A stretch of DNA of 64,000 nt from Myxococcota bacterium (GTDB lineage: Bacteria; Myxococcota_A; UBA9160; UBA4427). The DNA lies in NCBI GenBank assembly GCA_965250285.1, contig OZ252299.1, forward strand, positions 4,096,001 to 4,160,000, written 5' to 3'. The position numbers were made by a program, and so were the translations under genes. Every line of letters starts with the position of its first letter. Positions within the stretch are counted from its first letter, which is position 1. Shown piece after piece: positions 32,662 through 41,908 of this stretch. The notes under the pieces were generated by a model. It was not told the origin of the DNA. It saw only the letters and a list, made by a program, of their open reading frames with translations, and did not search any database.

Positions 32662-33750
32662 TCAGTCGAAGGTGATCACCTGCCGAGCGACCTGGCCCGA
32701 CTTCATCTGCTCGAACGCATCGTTGATGTCGTCGAGCTTGATGCGGGCCGAGATGATCTCGTCGAGGTACAGCCGGCCGTCGAGATAGAAGTCGATGTAC
32801 TTGGGCATGTCGAAGCGGAACGCGTTCGAACCCATGTACGAACCGGTCACGTTCTTCTCTTGCAACGTGAGATCCGAAGCCGGGATCGGCACCATCTCAC
32901 CCATCGGCACCACGCCGACGAGCACGGCAGTGCCGCCGCGGCCCGCCATTGCGATCGACTGCTGGACGGTCACACCGAGACCGATGCACTCGAAGACGAA
33001 GTCGGCCCCGCCCCCGGTGATCTCGTGCACGGCCGCCACCGGATCGCCATCGCTCGCATCGACGCATTCGGTCGCGCCGAGCTTGCGCGCGAGGTCGAAC
33101 TTCCACTTCTGCGCATCGACCGCGATGATCTTGCCCGCACCGCGAATGCGCGCCCCTTGCAGCGCCGAGAGCCCGACGCCACCGCAGCCGATGATCACGA
33201 CGCTCGCGCCCGCCGGGATGTTCACCGTGTTGAGGGCAGCGCCGAGACCCGTCGTCACACCGCAGCCGATCAGCGAGGCCCGGTCGAGGGGCATGTCGTC
33301 GCGAATCTTCACGAGGGAGCGCTCGGGGCAGAGCATCTGCTCGGCGAATGAAGAAAGGTTGGCGAACTGGAAGATCGGATCGCCGCCCTTCGTACAGATG
33401 CGCGCCTTCATGTCGGGCGGGCGGCCTTCGAACTGGCCGGGGCAGAGATAGGGGCGACCGCCCGTGCAGAACTTGCAGACGCCGCACCAGTTCGTGATGC
33501 AGCCGATCACATGATCACCCGGCTCGAAGTCGGTGACACCCTCACCCACCGCTTCGACGATGCCGGCCGGCTCGTGCCCGAGCACCACCGGCGGCGGCAT
33601 CGGCAGGCTGCCTTCGATCACGTGGAGATCGCTGTGGCAGATGCCGGTGGCGGCCGTCTTCAGCAGCACCTCACCGGGGCCGGGTTCATCGATCTCGAGC
33701 TCTTCGATCTCGAGGGGAGTATTGAATGCGCGCAGCACAGCTGCCTTCAT
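32662..33750 (-). CDS. Zn-dependent alcohol dehydrogenase
   Basis: GICHSD, GHEPAG, CGVCKFC..C structural Zn, GCGVTTG, GCGGVG. Confidence 0.95.
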   Translation of the reverse strand: MKAAVLRAFNTPLEIEELEIDEPGPGEVLLKTAATGICHSDLHVIEGSLPMPPPVVLGHEPAGIVEAVGEGVTDFEPGDHVIGCITNWCGVCKFCTGGRPYLCPGQFEGRPPDMKARICTKGGDPIFQFANLSSFAEQMLCPERSLVKIRDDMPLDRASLIGCGVTTGLGAALNTVNIPAGASVVIIGCGGVGLSALQGARIRGAGKIIAVDAQKWKFDLARKLGATECVDASDGDPVAAVHEITGGGADFVFECIGLGVTVQQSIAMAGRGGTAVLVGVVPMGEMVPIPASDLTLQEKNVTGSYMGSNAFRFDMPKYIDFYLDGRLYLDEIISARIKLDDINDAFEQMKSGQVARQVITFD

Positions 33751-33825
33751 GACGCTTCTCCTTGGCAAAGTCGCTCGACCGATCACAGCGTTGCGAGTCG
33801 GCCGGGTTGAATCGCGTCGGCCGGC

Positions 33826-35298
33826 TCAGCGCCGGTCGTAATCCTCGAGCCTGGGTCGGGCCATCTCGGCCTCGAACCGATCGTAGGTGAATGGCCAGGC
33901 CGTGGGGAGCCCGGTTTCGTCCAGGTACCAGCTGTTGCATCCGCTCGCCCAGAGCGTGTGGGCGGCGGCCGCGCGGCGCTCTTCGTCGAAGCACGCCATG
34001 GCCTCGCGCGATACACAGAGCGAATCACATCGCCCGGCCGCGATCTCGTCGACGAGCTGAAGGATGTAGTCCATCTCGAGCTCGGCGACGTCGATCAGCG
34101 AGAAGTTGCCGACCGGGCCGTTTGGCCCGTTGAGCATGAAGAAGTTGGGCATCTCGGGCACCGAGATCGCGAGATACGCCGAAGGGCCTTTCTCCCACAC
34201 GGCGTCGAGCAGCCGGCCGTCACGCCCCGCCACGTGCATCGGCCGCACGAACGAGTCGACGCGAAACCCGGTCGCCATCACCACGACGTCGAGCTCGTGC
34301 AGCGTGCCGTCGGCCGTGCGGATCCCACGCGGTTCGAAGCGTTCGATCGCCTCGGTGACGACGTCGGCGTTGGGACGCGAGATCGCGGGGTAGAACGTCC
34401 CCGACAGGATCAGCCGCTTGCAGCCCGCACGATAGTCAGGGCGCAGCTTCTCGCGCAGCACGGGGTCGGCCACGCCCTGCTCGAGCGCCTGCTGGCAGGC
34501 GGCGTGCATGGCGTCGAGCAGCGGGTGCTCGCCGTCGACGAGGACGTTCGCGAACCCATCGATGAACTGCGTGCGCACCTCCTGTCGGATCTCGAGCATG
34601 CCGGCGTCATCGCGCTCGAACCCTGCTCGCTGCTCGGGCGTGTAGGGCACGTTCTCCATGGGCATGACCCACTGCGCCGTGCGCTGGAAGAGCTCGAGGT
34701 GATCGACCTGTTCGGCCGTGGCAGCGACGATCTGGATGGCACTCGACCCCGTGCCGATCACGCCGAGGCGCTTGCCCGCGAGGTCGAGATCGTCGGGCCA
34801 TCGAGCGCTGTGAAACGCCTGCCCCTCGAACGCATCGAGCCCATCGAAGGTCGGCTCGTTGATTTGATGGAGCACGCCGGTGGCCGCGATGATCACGTGG
34901 GCCGTGTCCTCGACCCCCGTCGCCGTCTCGACGTGCCACTGCCCCGCTTCGAAGTCGCAGCGCGTCACCTGTTCGCCGAATCGAATGCGGTCGCGCACGT
35001 CGAAGCGGTCGGTGGCACCTTCGAGGTACTGCTGAATCTCGTCGCCCGGCGCGAAGCGCTGGCTCCAGTTCGGGTTCAGCGCAAAAGAGTACGAGTAGAG
35101 GTGCGAGGGCACGTCACAGGCAATGCCGGGGTAGCGATTCTCGCGCCACGTGCCGCCGATGCGGTCGGCCTTCTCGTAGATCACCCAGTCGTCGTAGCCG
35201 GCCTTGCGCAGGCGAATGCCCGCGAGAATGCCGGCCATGCCCGCGCCGATGATGATGAATCGGAGATCCCGCTCGGGCCTGCGCTCGTGATCGGCCAT
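33826..35298 (-). CDS. Flavin-containing (Baeyer-Villiger-type) monooxygenase
   Basis: GAGMAG, GGTWRENRYPG, FEGQAFHSARW, GTGSSA, GCKR. Confidence 0.93.
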   Translation of the reverse strand: MADHERRPERDLRFIIIGAGMAGILAGIRLRKAGYDDWVIYEKADRIGGTWRENRYPGIACDVPSHLYSYSFALNPNWSQRFAPGDEIQQYLEGATDRFDVRDRIRFGEQVTRCDFEAGQWHVETATGVEDTAHVIIAATGVLHQINEPTFDGLDAFEGQAFHSARWPDDLDLAGKRLGVIGTGSSAIQIVAATAEQVDHLELFQRTAQWVMPMENVPYTPEQRAGFERDDAGMLEIRQEVRTQFIDGFANVLVDGEHPLLDAMHAACQQALEQGVADPVLREKLRPDYRAGCKRLILSGTFYPAISRPNADVVTEAIERFEPRGIRTADGTLHELDVVVMATGFRVDSFVRPMHVAGRDGRLLDAVWEKGPSAYLAISVPEMPNFFMLNGPNGPVGNFSLIDVAELEMDYILQLVDEIAAGRCDSLCVSREAMACFDEERRAAAAHTLWASGCNSWYLDETGLPTAWPFTYDRFEAEMARPRLEDYDRR

Positions 35299-35428
35299 GA
35301 CCCGAGTCTAAGCCGCACCCGCCCGCCGTGGAATGGCCTGGCAGCGCGAAGAGGGAGGCTGACGCAGGAAGGCAGTCGGCTCCGGCGCGGGTGCCCGTCT
35401 TCGCGCGGAAGCCCCCGGCGCGACCGGT

Positions 35429-36958
35429 TCAGTCGAGGGGAAGGGGCGCGTCGTCGACCGACGCGAGACCCGCGTGCGTCGCGACGAGGTCGACCCGCCA
35501 CGTGCTGCCGCCGAGATCGGGCTCGAAGGCGCCGCCCTCACCGAGGCGCCAGTAGTGCAGGAGCGCTTCGTCGCCACTCAGGTCGAGCGCGTGACCGCCG
35601 GCGTCGATGGCGGCGATCTCGGCGGCCTCGAGCGGGCGAGCGTAGATCGCCGTGTGGCCGATCCGCCCTGCGTAGCCTTCGCCGATGCGAATCGCGCCGG
35701 TGAGTGCGCTCGGAGCGGCTCCATCGGTCAGCACGGCGACGCTCGACGGCGCGACCGCGGCGCCGGCGATGATCAGTCGGACGGGCGCGCTGGCATCGGG
35801 GTCGATGACCACGGCCACGTGCTGCCAGACGTCGTGCGTGACGGCATCGGCGAAGGTCGCCTCGTAGAGCACGTCTCCAGCCGCACTGCGCAGCGAAACG
35901 AGCAGGGCGGTGCCATCGATCAGGTCGACGTCCAGGGCGCTGTCGTCGACGTCGCTCGAGACCGAGAGGAGACCGCGCAGCTCGTCGGCGCTCGTCCAGG
36001 GCCGCAGCCAGGTCGAAAGCGTGAGACCGCCGTCGATCGCGTCGTCGATCGAACCCACGAGATGAGAGCCGCTGCCGTCGAACTCGATCGAGCGCCAGTC
36101 GCCTTCTACGGTCGTCGTGTCGCGGCGCGCGTCGGCGTTGGCATCACTGCTCGCAGCATCGCCCGTCACCGACGACGCGGCCGGGCTCGCGGTCGTCGGC
36201 GAAGCCATGCCGGCCGAAGGCGCGGCCATCGCAGCGCTCGCCGCCATCGCGTCCTCGATCAGATCGTCGCCCGTCACCGTGATCGTGTTCGACGGTGCCG
36301 ACGTGATGCGATCGCCGTAGGCGTAGAGGGTGAGCTCGTAGTCCTGGTCGGTCTCGAGATCGACCGGATAGCTCAGCCGGTCGTTCGCGATCTCGTTCGC
36401 CGACCCAAGCGGGATGTTCACCGTGCGGTAGTCGCCGCCACCGACCACGTCGATGTCGAGCCGGTAGCCCGCGACGCCTTCAGAGGGCGAGGGCACCCAG
36501 CGAGCGGCATAAGCCACGACCGACGGCACGGCCGGCGCGGGCGGTTCCGGGGCCGGCGGCGGGGGTGCGGGAGGCGCCGGCGGTGCCGGGGCAGGCGGTG
36601 CCGGGGCCGGCGGCGGGGTCGGTGCGTCGCCGCCTCCGTTGGTGACACCACCGCCGCTGCTGCCAGAGCCCGAGTTGCCACCGCCAGTGCTGCCACCCGA
36701 GCCGGAGTTGTCACCGCCGGTGCTACCACCCGAGCCCGAGTTGCCACCGCCGATGCTGACGATGTCTCCGATCTCGAAGGGCGGCGTGTAGCCGGTGTCA
36801 CCGGGCTGCAGCTCCTCGACGAAGCTGCACGCGCCGCTGGTCGCCACGATCAGACTCAGGAGCCCAGCGCGAATCCAGCCCGAAACGGAGGGGCGGCGTC
36901 GGGGCTCGCTCGAGGCGAGGAGATGTGCGTGGCCGGTGACTGTCATCGAAGAACTCAT
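35429..36958 (-). CDS. Putative lipoprotein with Gly/Ser and Pro linkers, Fn3-like and LamG-like domains
   Basis: Lipobox-like SGAC; W.PSPS.GVAGY..SAPSN Fn3-like segment; LTLSTWL..WQHVAVV..GRIGHTAIY..LHYWRL LamG-like; start uncertain. Confidence 0.7.
   Translation of the reverse strand: MSSSMTVTGHAHLLASSEPRRRPSVSGWIRAGLLSLIVATSGACSFVEELQPGDTGYTPPFEIGDIVSIGGGNSGSGGSTGGDNSGSGGSTGGGNSGSGSSGGGVTNGGGDAPTPPPAPAPPAPAPPAPPAPPPPAPEPPAPAVPSVVAYAARWVPSPSEGVAGYRLDIDVVGGGDYRTVNIPLGSANEIANDRLSYPVDLETDQDYELTLYAYGDRITSAPSNTITVTGDDLIEDAMAASAAMAAPSAGMASPTTASPAASSVTGDAASSDANADARRDTTTVEGDWRSIEFDGSGSHLVGSIDDAIDGGLTLSTWLRPWTSADELRGLLSVSSDVDDSALDVDLIDGTALLVSLRSAAGDVLYEATFADAVTHDVWQHVAVVIDPDASAPVRLIIAGAAVAPSSVAVLTDGAAPSALTGAIRIGEGYAGRIGHTAIYARPLEAAEIAAIDAGGHALDLSGDEALLHYWRLGEGGAFEPDLGGSTWRVDLVATHAGLASVDDAPLPLD
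36666..36751. repeat. 33-bp coding tandem repeat (GG[GD]NSGSGGST, ~2.6 copies)
   Basis: GAGCC at 36666, 36699 and 36732. Confidence 0.8.
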
Positions 36959-37197
36959 CGCCCCGCCCACCCCGACGCCGGGTGACGGCCGTCACCGGGG
37001 GGTTCGCCCCTCTCTCTTTTTTCGGAATTCTTCGAGCGACCCGATCTGGATCACACTCAGGGCGAACTGAGGGGGTCTAGAGGAAGTCGGCCCACCGAAA
37101 GATGAGCGGTTTCCCCGCGGGTCAAGTCACTTCGGTGCGAACGGCGGGCACCCGATCGCGGCTTGATGGGCCGACCGCCCTGCCCCACGCTGCGGAC

Positions 37198-38007
37198 ATG
37201 CCGATCGACCGCATCCGCGACATCGACCTCTACTGGGAACGCGCCGGCGATGGCCCGCCGCTGCTCTTCATCGGGGGCTCGGGCGGTGATCTGCGGCAGA
37301 AGCCGAACGTGCTCGACGGCCCCTTCCCGCGACACTTCGATGTGGTCGCGTTCGACCAGCGAGGACTTGGCCGGACGAGCCACCCCGACACGCCCTACAC
37401 GATGGCCGACTACGCGCACGACGCGGCGGGTCTGCTCGATACGATCGGTTGGGATCGATGCAACGTCGTCGGCGTCTCGTTCGGCGGCATGGTCGCGCAG
37501 GAGCTCGCTGTGACCTTCCCGGATCGCATCCGGAAGCTCGTGCTGTGCTGCACGTCGAGCGGCGGCGAAGGGGGCGCGTCGTACCCGCTGCACGAGCTCG
37601 AGCGCATGCCGGCCGAAGAGCGCGCCGTTCGCTCCCTCGAGATCGGAGATACCCGGCACGACGCCGCATGGCGAGCGGCCCATCCCGATGTCGCGGCGAA
37701 TCTGATCCAGCTGCAGCACGACATGCAGGCGCTCGGTGCGCACGAACCCGATCGCATGATGGGCTACCGCCGCCAGCTCGAAGCGCGCCGAGATCACGAC
37801 ACCTGGTCGCGTCTGCCGGCGCTCACGATGCCGGTGCTGGTCTGCGGCGGGCGATTCGATGGCATCGCGCCGCCCGCGAATCAGCAAGCGCTCGAGCGAC
37901 AGATCCCGAACGCCACCCTCGAGATGTTCGATGGCGGGCACGTGTTCATGATGCAGGACCGCTCGGCGTTCCCGCGCATGATCGAGTTTCTCGAAGCCGA
38001 GGCTTGA
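37198..38007 (+). CDS. Alpha/beta hydrolase
   Basis: FDQRGLG, nucleophile GVSFGG, GRFD, GGH. Confidence 0.92.
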   Translation: MPIDRIRDIDLYWERAGDGPPLLFIGGSGGDLRQKPNVLDGPFPRHFDVVAFDQRGLGRTSHPDTPYTMADYAHDAAGLLDTIGWDRCNVVGVSFGGMVAQELAVTFPDRIRKLVLCCTSSGGEGGASYPLHELERMPAEERAVRSLEIGDTRHDAAWRAAHPDVAANLIQLQHDMQALGAHEPDRMMGYRRQLEARRDHDTWSRLPALTMPVLVCGGRFDGIAPPANQQALERQIPNATLEMFDGGHVFMMQDRSAFPRMIEFLEAEA

Positions 38008-38014
38008 CCCGAGC

Positions 38015-38120
38015 CCGCGTCAGTGCGCGCCGTGCTCATGACCCGGGGCCGCGTCAGTGCGCGCCGTGCTCATGCGCCGGGGCCGAGTCAGTGCGCGCCG
38101 TGCTCATGCGCCGGGGCCGC
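38015..38120. repeat. 3 x 34-bp tandem repeat of the PCu(A)C gene 3' end
   Basis: GTCAGTGCGCGCCGTGCTCATG core; TCA (minus-strand stop) at 38020, 38054, 38088. Confidence 0.92.
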
Positions 38121-38570
38121 TGCAGGCGCGCGGCGCACCTCGGCCACGACGACGAGCTCGTCCTGCCCTTCGACGGCGAACCGGATCTCGACCTTCTGGC
38201 CGAGCTCGAGCTTCTCGGGTCGGATGAACATCACGTGCAGCCCACCGGGTTCGAGGACGACCTCGCCGCCGCTCGGCACCTCGATCGCGTCGATGCGGCG
38301 CATGCGCGCGACGCCTTCCTCGACCCAGCTTCGGTGGATCTCGGTGCGCGCCGCCACGTCACTCGCGACGCCGACGACGCGGATCGGCTCGGCGCCGGCG
38401 TTCTCGAACACGAGGTAGCCGGCTGCGTTGGCCCCCGGCGGCGGCTGACGAACCCAGGCGCCCGACACTTCGAGGTCGTCGGCGGAGGCGCCCGTCGTGG
38501 CGCTCATGGCGATCGGCACGAGCGCGAGTAGAGATAGAAGAAGCAGGCGCCCCCCGCCCGGTCGAGCCAT
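38088..38570 (-). CDS. Copper chaperone PCu(A)C
   Basis: Signal peptide; AAGY, EIH..M..PGGLHVM Cu motif; His-rich tail HEHGAH. Confidence 0.92.
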   Translation of the reverse strand: MARPGGGRLLLLSLLALVPIAMSATTGASADDLEVSGAWVRQPPPGANAAGYLVFENAGAEPIRVVGVASDVAARTEIHRSWVEEGVARMRRIDAIEVPSGGEVVLEPGGLHVMFIRPEKLELGQKVEIRFAVEGQDELVVVAEVRRAPAAAPAHEHGAH

Positions 38571-39250
38571 CACGTATCGCTCCGATCGACGGCCTGAATA
38601 CGGCGCACCAGATCGACGAAGGCCGCAGCGTCGGTCGGTTCGTGCAGGATCGCGTGGAGCCGCGCGTCGGGACCCACGAGAAAGAGAGACGAGGCGTGGT
38701 CGACCAGATAGCCCTCGGCGCCTGGTGTTCGGGGCTGTGCCTTGTTGTAGGCGCCGATGGCGCGCGTCAATCGCTCGATCTCACCGGGCTCTCCCGTCGC
38801 GCCGCGCAGCGCCGGGTGGAAGAACGAGACGTACTCGGCCATGCGGTCGATGTCGTCTCGGGCCGGGTCGACCGAGACGAAGACCACGCTCGGATCACCG
38901 GTCTCGACCAGCAGATCCTGCACGGGCGACAGGCTCTGCAGCGTCGTCGGGCAGATGTCGGGGCAGTACGTGTACCCGAAGAAGAGGAGGCTCCAGCCCC
39001 CCTCGAGCGAGCCGCGGGTGAACGGGGCGCCTTCGTGGTCGACCAGCTCGAACGAGTCGATCGCGAGCGTCACCGGCAACACGTGAACGTCTTGGCCGAA
39101 ATCGGGGACCGGCGGCGGCGCGCTGCGCCAGAGCACGGCACCGAAGCCGACGAGCACGGCGACGACGATCGCGCCCAGCACGATCGCGCTGCGATCGCCC
39201 TCGTCCTGCGGATCCTCGCCGGGCGGTGATGCTTGAAGCGGTTGGGACAT
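38570..39250 (-). CDS. SCO1/SenC family protein
   Basis: TM anchor; FFGYTYCPDICP, VSVDPARD, YLVDH. Confidence 0.94.
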   Translation of the reverse strand: MSQPLQASPPGEDPQDEGDRSAIVLGAIVVAVLVGFGAVLWRSAPPPVPDFGQDVHVLPVTLAIDSFELVDHEGAPFTRGSLEGGWSLLFFGYTYCPDICPTTLQSLSPVQDLLVETGDPSVVFVSVDPARDDIDRMAEYVSFFHPALRGATGEPGEIERLTRAIGAYNKAQPRTPGAEGYLVDHASSLFLVGPDARLHAILHEPTDAAAFVDLVRRIQAVDRSDT

Positions 39251-39475
39251 GAGCCACGTGGTTTGCGCGGGCGGGGGCGCAACGCGCGCGTTCGTTCGAA
39301 GGTAGTGCAGGCACCCGGGAAGCGGCGGGTTCGAACCCGCCACCGAGCGTTGCGACCCGGCAAGCGTTGCGACCCGACCCCGGGGTGCCCACGACGGCCG
39401 CGGCGGCTCGACGCGCTCACGCGGCCGACCCGGGCCGACGAGCGCCGGCCGCGGCCGGTGCCGCGCGGCGCCGGG

Positions 39476-40108
39476 TCAGGCGGCGGTGAAGAGCGCGCGC
39501 ACCCGCTCGACGGTCTCGGGCGACGCGGTGTCGGGCGTCCCCGAATCGAAGGGCGGGCTCGGCGCGTACTCGAGCCCGAGCTGGACCGCGCGCGCCAGAT
39601 CCTCGCCGGCGACCTCGGCCATCAGCGCGAGACCGAAGTCGATGCCGGCGGTCACGCCGCCCCCGGTCGCTCGGTTTCGATCGATCACCCAACGCGAGCG
39701 GACGGGCTTTGCGCCGAACTGCTCGAGCATTTCGAGCGCCATCCAGTGGGTCGTCGCTTCGTGTCCCTCGAGCAGACCCGATGCGCCGAGCACGAGCGCC
39801 CCCGTGCAGACGCTCGTCACCCAGTCGGCCTGGGCGCCGCGCGCGCGCATGAAGTCGGTGACCTCGGCGTCGCCCATCACCGCGAACGTGCCCTCGAGGC
39901 CGCCCGGCGAGAAGATGATGTCGGGGTCGGTCCATGCGTCGTCGAATGCCTGGCCGGGCACGACGGCCATTCCGGTATCGGTCATCACGGGATCGGTCGA
40001 CTTCCATACGGTCTGGGTCTCGGCCTCGGGCCAGAGCGACCACACCTGCAGTGGACCCACGAGGTCGAGCAGGGTCATGCCCGGATACACGAGGAGCTGA
40101 ATCTTCAT
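39476..40108 (-). CDS. DJ-1/PfpI family protein (isonitrile hydratase-like)
   Basis: TLLDLVGP, SVCTG, GGVTAGID, LEYAPSPPFDSG; GGAGG RBS. Confidence 0.9.
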   Translation of the reverse strand: MKIQLLVYPGMTLLDLVGPLQVWSLWPEAETQTVWKSTDPVMTDTGMAVVPGQAFDDAWTDPDIIFSPGGLEGTFAVMGDAEVTDFMRARGAQADWVTSVCTGALVLGASGLLEGHEATTHWMALEMLEQFGAKPVRSRWVIDRNRATGGGVTAGIDFGLALMAEVAGEDLARAVQLGLEYAPSPPFDSGTPDTASPETVERVRALFTAA

Positions 40109-40410
40109 CGTTCGAGACCTCCGCGGCCGTCGCCCGCCGGCGCGGCCGCACCGGTTCATCCCAGCAGTCGCGACGTCTCGCCGAGCCGTGGGGCGGCAGA
40201 TCAAGGTGCGTCGTCGGTCGCCGACGTGCGCCGAGTCGGATGGTATCGACCCCGCCCTTCGGCCGCCGCGCGCTACGGGCACCGAGCATCGGGGGGGCGC
40301 GCGTCGCGCGTCGTCATGCAGGGATCACGCCGTCACCCGTTTCAGGGGGATCGACGCAGAAGGCGTCGTGATACGCTCGAAAGCGTTCCCCGAACCACCA
40401 GGAGCCCCCC

Positions 40411-41901
40411 ATGGCACGCTACGAGCACATCCTCGCCACGATCGGTCGAACGCCCGTCGTCCGCGTTCAGCGTCTCGAGCCCGAGGGCAGCGAGCTCTAC
40501 GTGAAGGTCGAGTCGTTCAATCCCGGTGGCTCGGTGAAGGACCGACTCGCCCTCGGCGTGATCGAGGATGCCGAGCGACGCGGCGCGCTGAAGCCCGGCC
40601 AGACCGTCGTCGAGGCGACGAGCGGCAACACGGGCATCGGCCTCGCGGTGGTGTGCGCCCGCAAGGGCTACCCGCTCGTGGTCACGATGGCCGAGAACTT
40701 CAGCGTCGAGCGACGCAAGCTCATGCGCTTTCTCGGCGCGAAGGTCGTGCTCACGCCGGCCGCGCAGAAGGGCAGCGGCATGCTGCAAAAGGCCGAGGAG
40801 CTCGCCGCCGAGCACGGCTGGTTCCTCGCGCGCCAGTTCGAGAACGAGGCCAACCCCGACATGCACTCGCGCACGACGGCGCGTGAGATCCTCGAAGACT
40901 TCGAAGGCGACGGGCTCGACTACTGGGTCACCGGGTTCGGCACCGGAGGGACGCTGACCGGTGTATCTCGGGTGCTGCGAAAGGAGAGCCCGGCGACGAA
41001 GGTCGTGGTCTGCGAGCCCGACAACGTGCCGCTGCTCGGCAGCGGCGTCGCCCAGGCCCGCACCGACGACGGTCGTCCCGCCGAGAGCCATCCCGCGTTT
41101 CGGCCGCACCTGATGCAGGGCTGGTCCCCCGACTTCATTCCGAAGATCGCGGGCGAGGCCGTCGACGAGTCTCTGATCGACGAGATCCTGCCGGTGGCCG
41201 GCGCCGACGCCCTCGAGGCCGCGCATGCACTCGCGACGCAGGAGGGCATCTTCGTCGGCATCTCGGGCGGCGCGACGTTCGCCGGCGCCGTCGAGGTGGC
41301 GAAGCGCGCGCCGAAGGGCAGTCGCGTGCTCTGCATGCTGCCCGACACGGGCGAGCGCTACCTGACCACCCCGCTCTTCGAGGGGATCGCCGAAGAGATG
41401 ACGGCCGAAGAGATCGCGCTGTCGAAGTCGACCCCGAACGTGCGCTTCGACGTCTCGCCGCCGCCCCCGCCGCCGAGCGACGAAGAAGAAGCCCCCGTCG
41501 CGATCACTCCCGAGGCCCAGGCCTTCCTCGACCGCACGCTCGCCTCGAAGGACGACCCGGTCGTCATGTTCGCGCTCGAGTGGTGCGAGTTCTGCTGGTC
41601 GGTCCGCAAGCTCTTCGCGCGGCTCGACATCCCCTACGAGACGGTCGACCTCGACTCGGCCGCCCATCAGAAGGACGACTGGGGCGCGCAGGTGCGAGCT
41701 GCCCTCACGGCGCAGACGAGCATGAAGACGATCCCGCAGGTGTTCGTCGGCGGCGAGTTCATCGGCGGCGCCACCGAGACGTTCGATGCCTGGAACGAGG
41801 GCCGGCTGAGCGACCTGCTCTCGGGCCTCGGCGTGGGCTTCGACCAGGGCGCCCGGATCGACGCCTATGACTTTCTGCCGAAGTGGCTGCAGCCGCGCTA
41901 G
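40411..41901 (+). CDS. cysK: Cysteine synthase A with C-terminal glutaredoxin domain
   Basis: NPGGSVKDR (PLP Lys), TSGNTG, GTGGT, PDTGERYL; Pro-rich linker; WCEFC..TIPQVFVGGEFIGG. Confidence 0.92.
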   Translation: MARYEHILATIGRTPVVRVQRLEPEGSELYVKVESFNPGGSVKDRLALGVIEDAERRGALKPGQTVVEATSGNTGIGLAVVCARKGYPLVVTMAENFSVERRKLMRFLGAKVVLTPAAQKGSGMLQKAEELAAEHGWFLARQFENEANPDMHSRTTAREILEDFEGDGLDYWVTGFGTGGTLTGVSRVLRKESPATKVVVCEPDNVPLLGSGVAQARTDDGRPAESHPAFRPHLMQGWSPDFIPKIAGEAVDESLIDEILPVAGADALEAAHALATQEGIFVGISGGATFAGAVEVAKRAPKGSRVLCMLPDTGERYLTTPLFEGIAEEMTAEEIALSKSTPNVRFDVSPPPPPPSDEEEAPVAITPEAQAFLDRTLASKDDPVVMFALEWCEFCWSVRKLFARLDIPYETVDLDSAAHQKDDWGAQVRAALTAQTSMKTIPQVFVGGEFIGGATETFDAWNEGRLSDLLSGLGVGFDQGARIDAYDFLPKWLQPR

Positions 41902-41908
41902 CCGGGCT

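Noticed and set aside
38015..38120. CRISPR array
   Set aside because: Units are contiguous near-identical copies with no unique spacers, derive from a gene end, and no cas genes are present
38015..38120. His tail guaranteed in all three reading frames
   Set aside because: The third frame hits TGA (GCA TGA) within the first copy
39324..39341. tRNA T-arm (GGTTCGAA), SRP RNA or cobalamin riboswitch
   Set aside because: Pairing register does not give a 5-bp stem with 7-nt loop; no cloverleaf; SRP and B12-box consensus elements are missing
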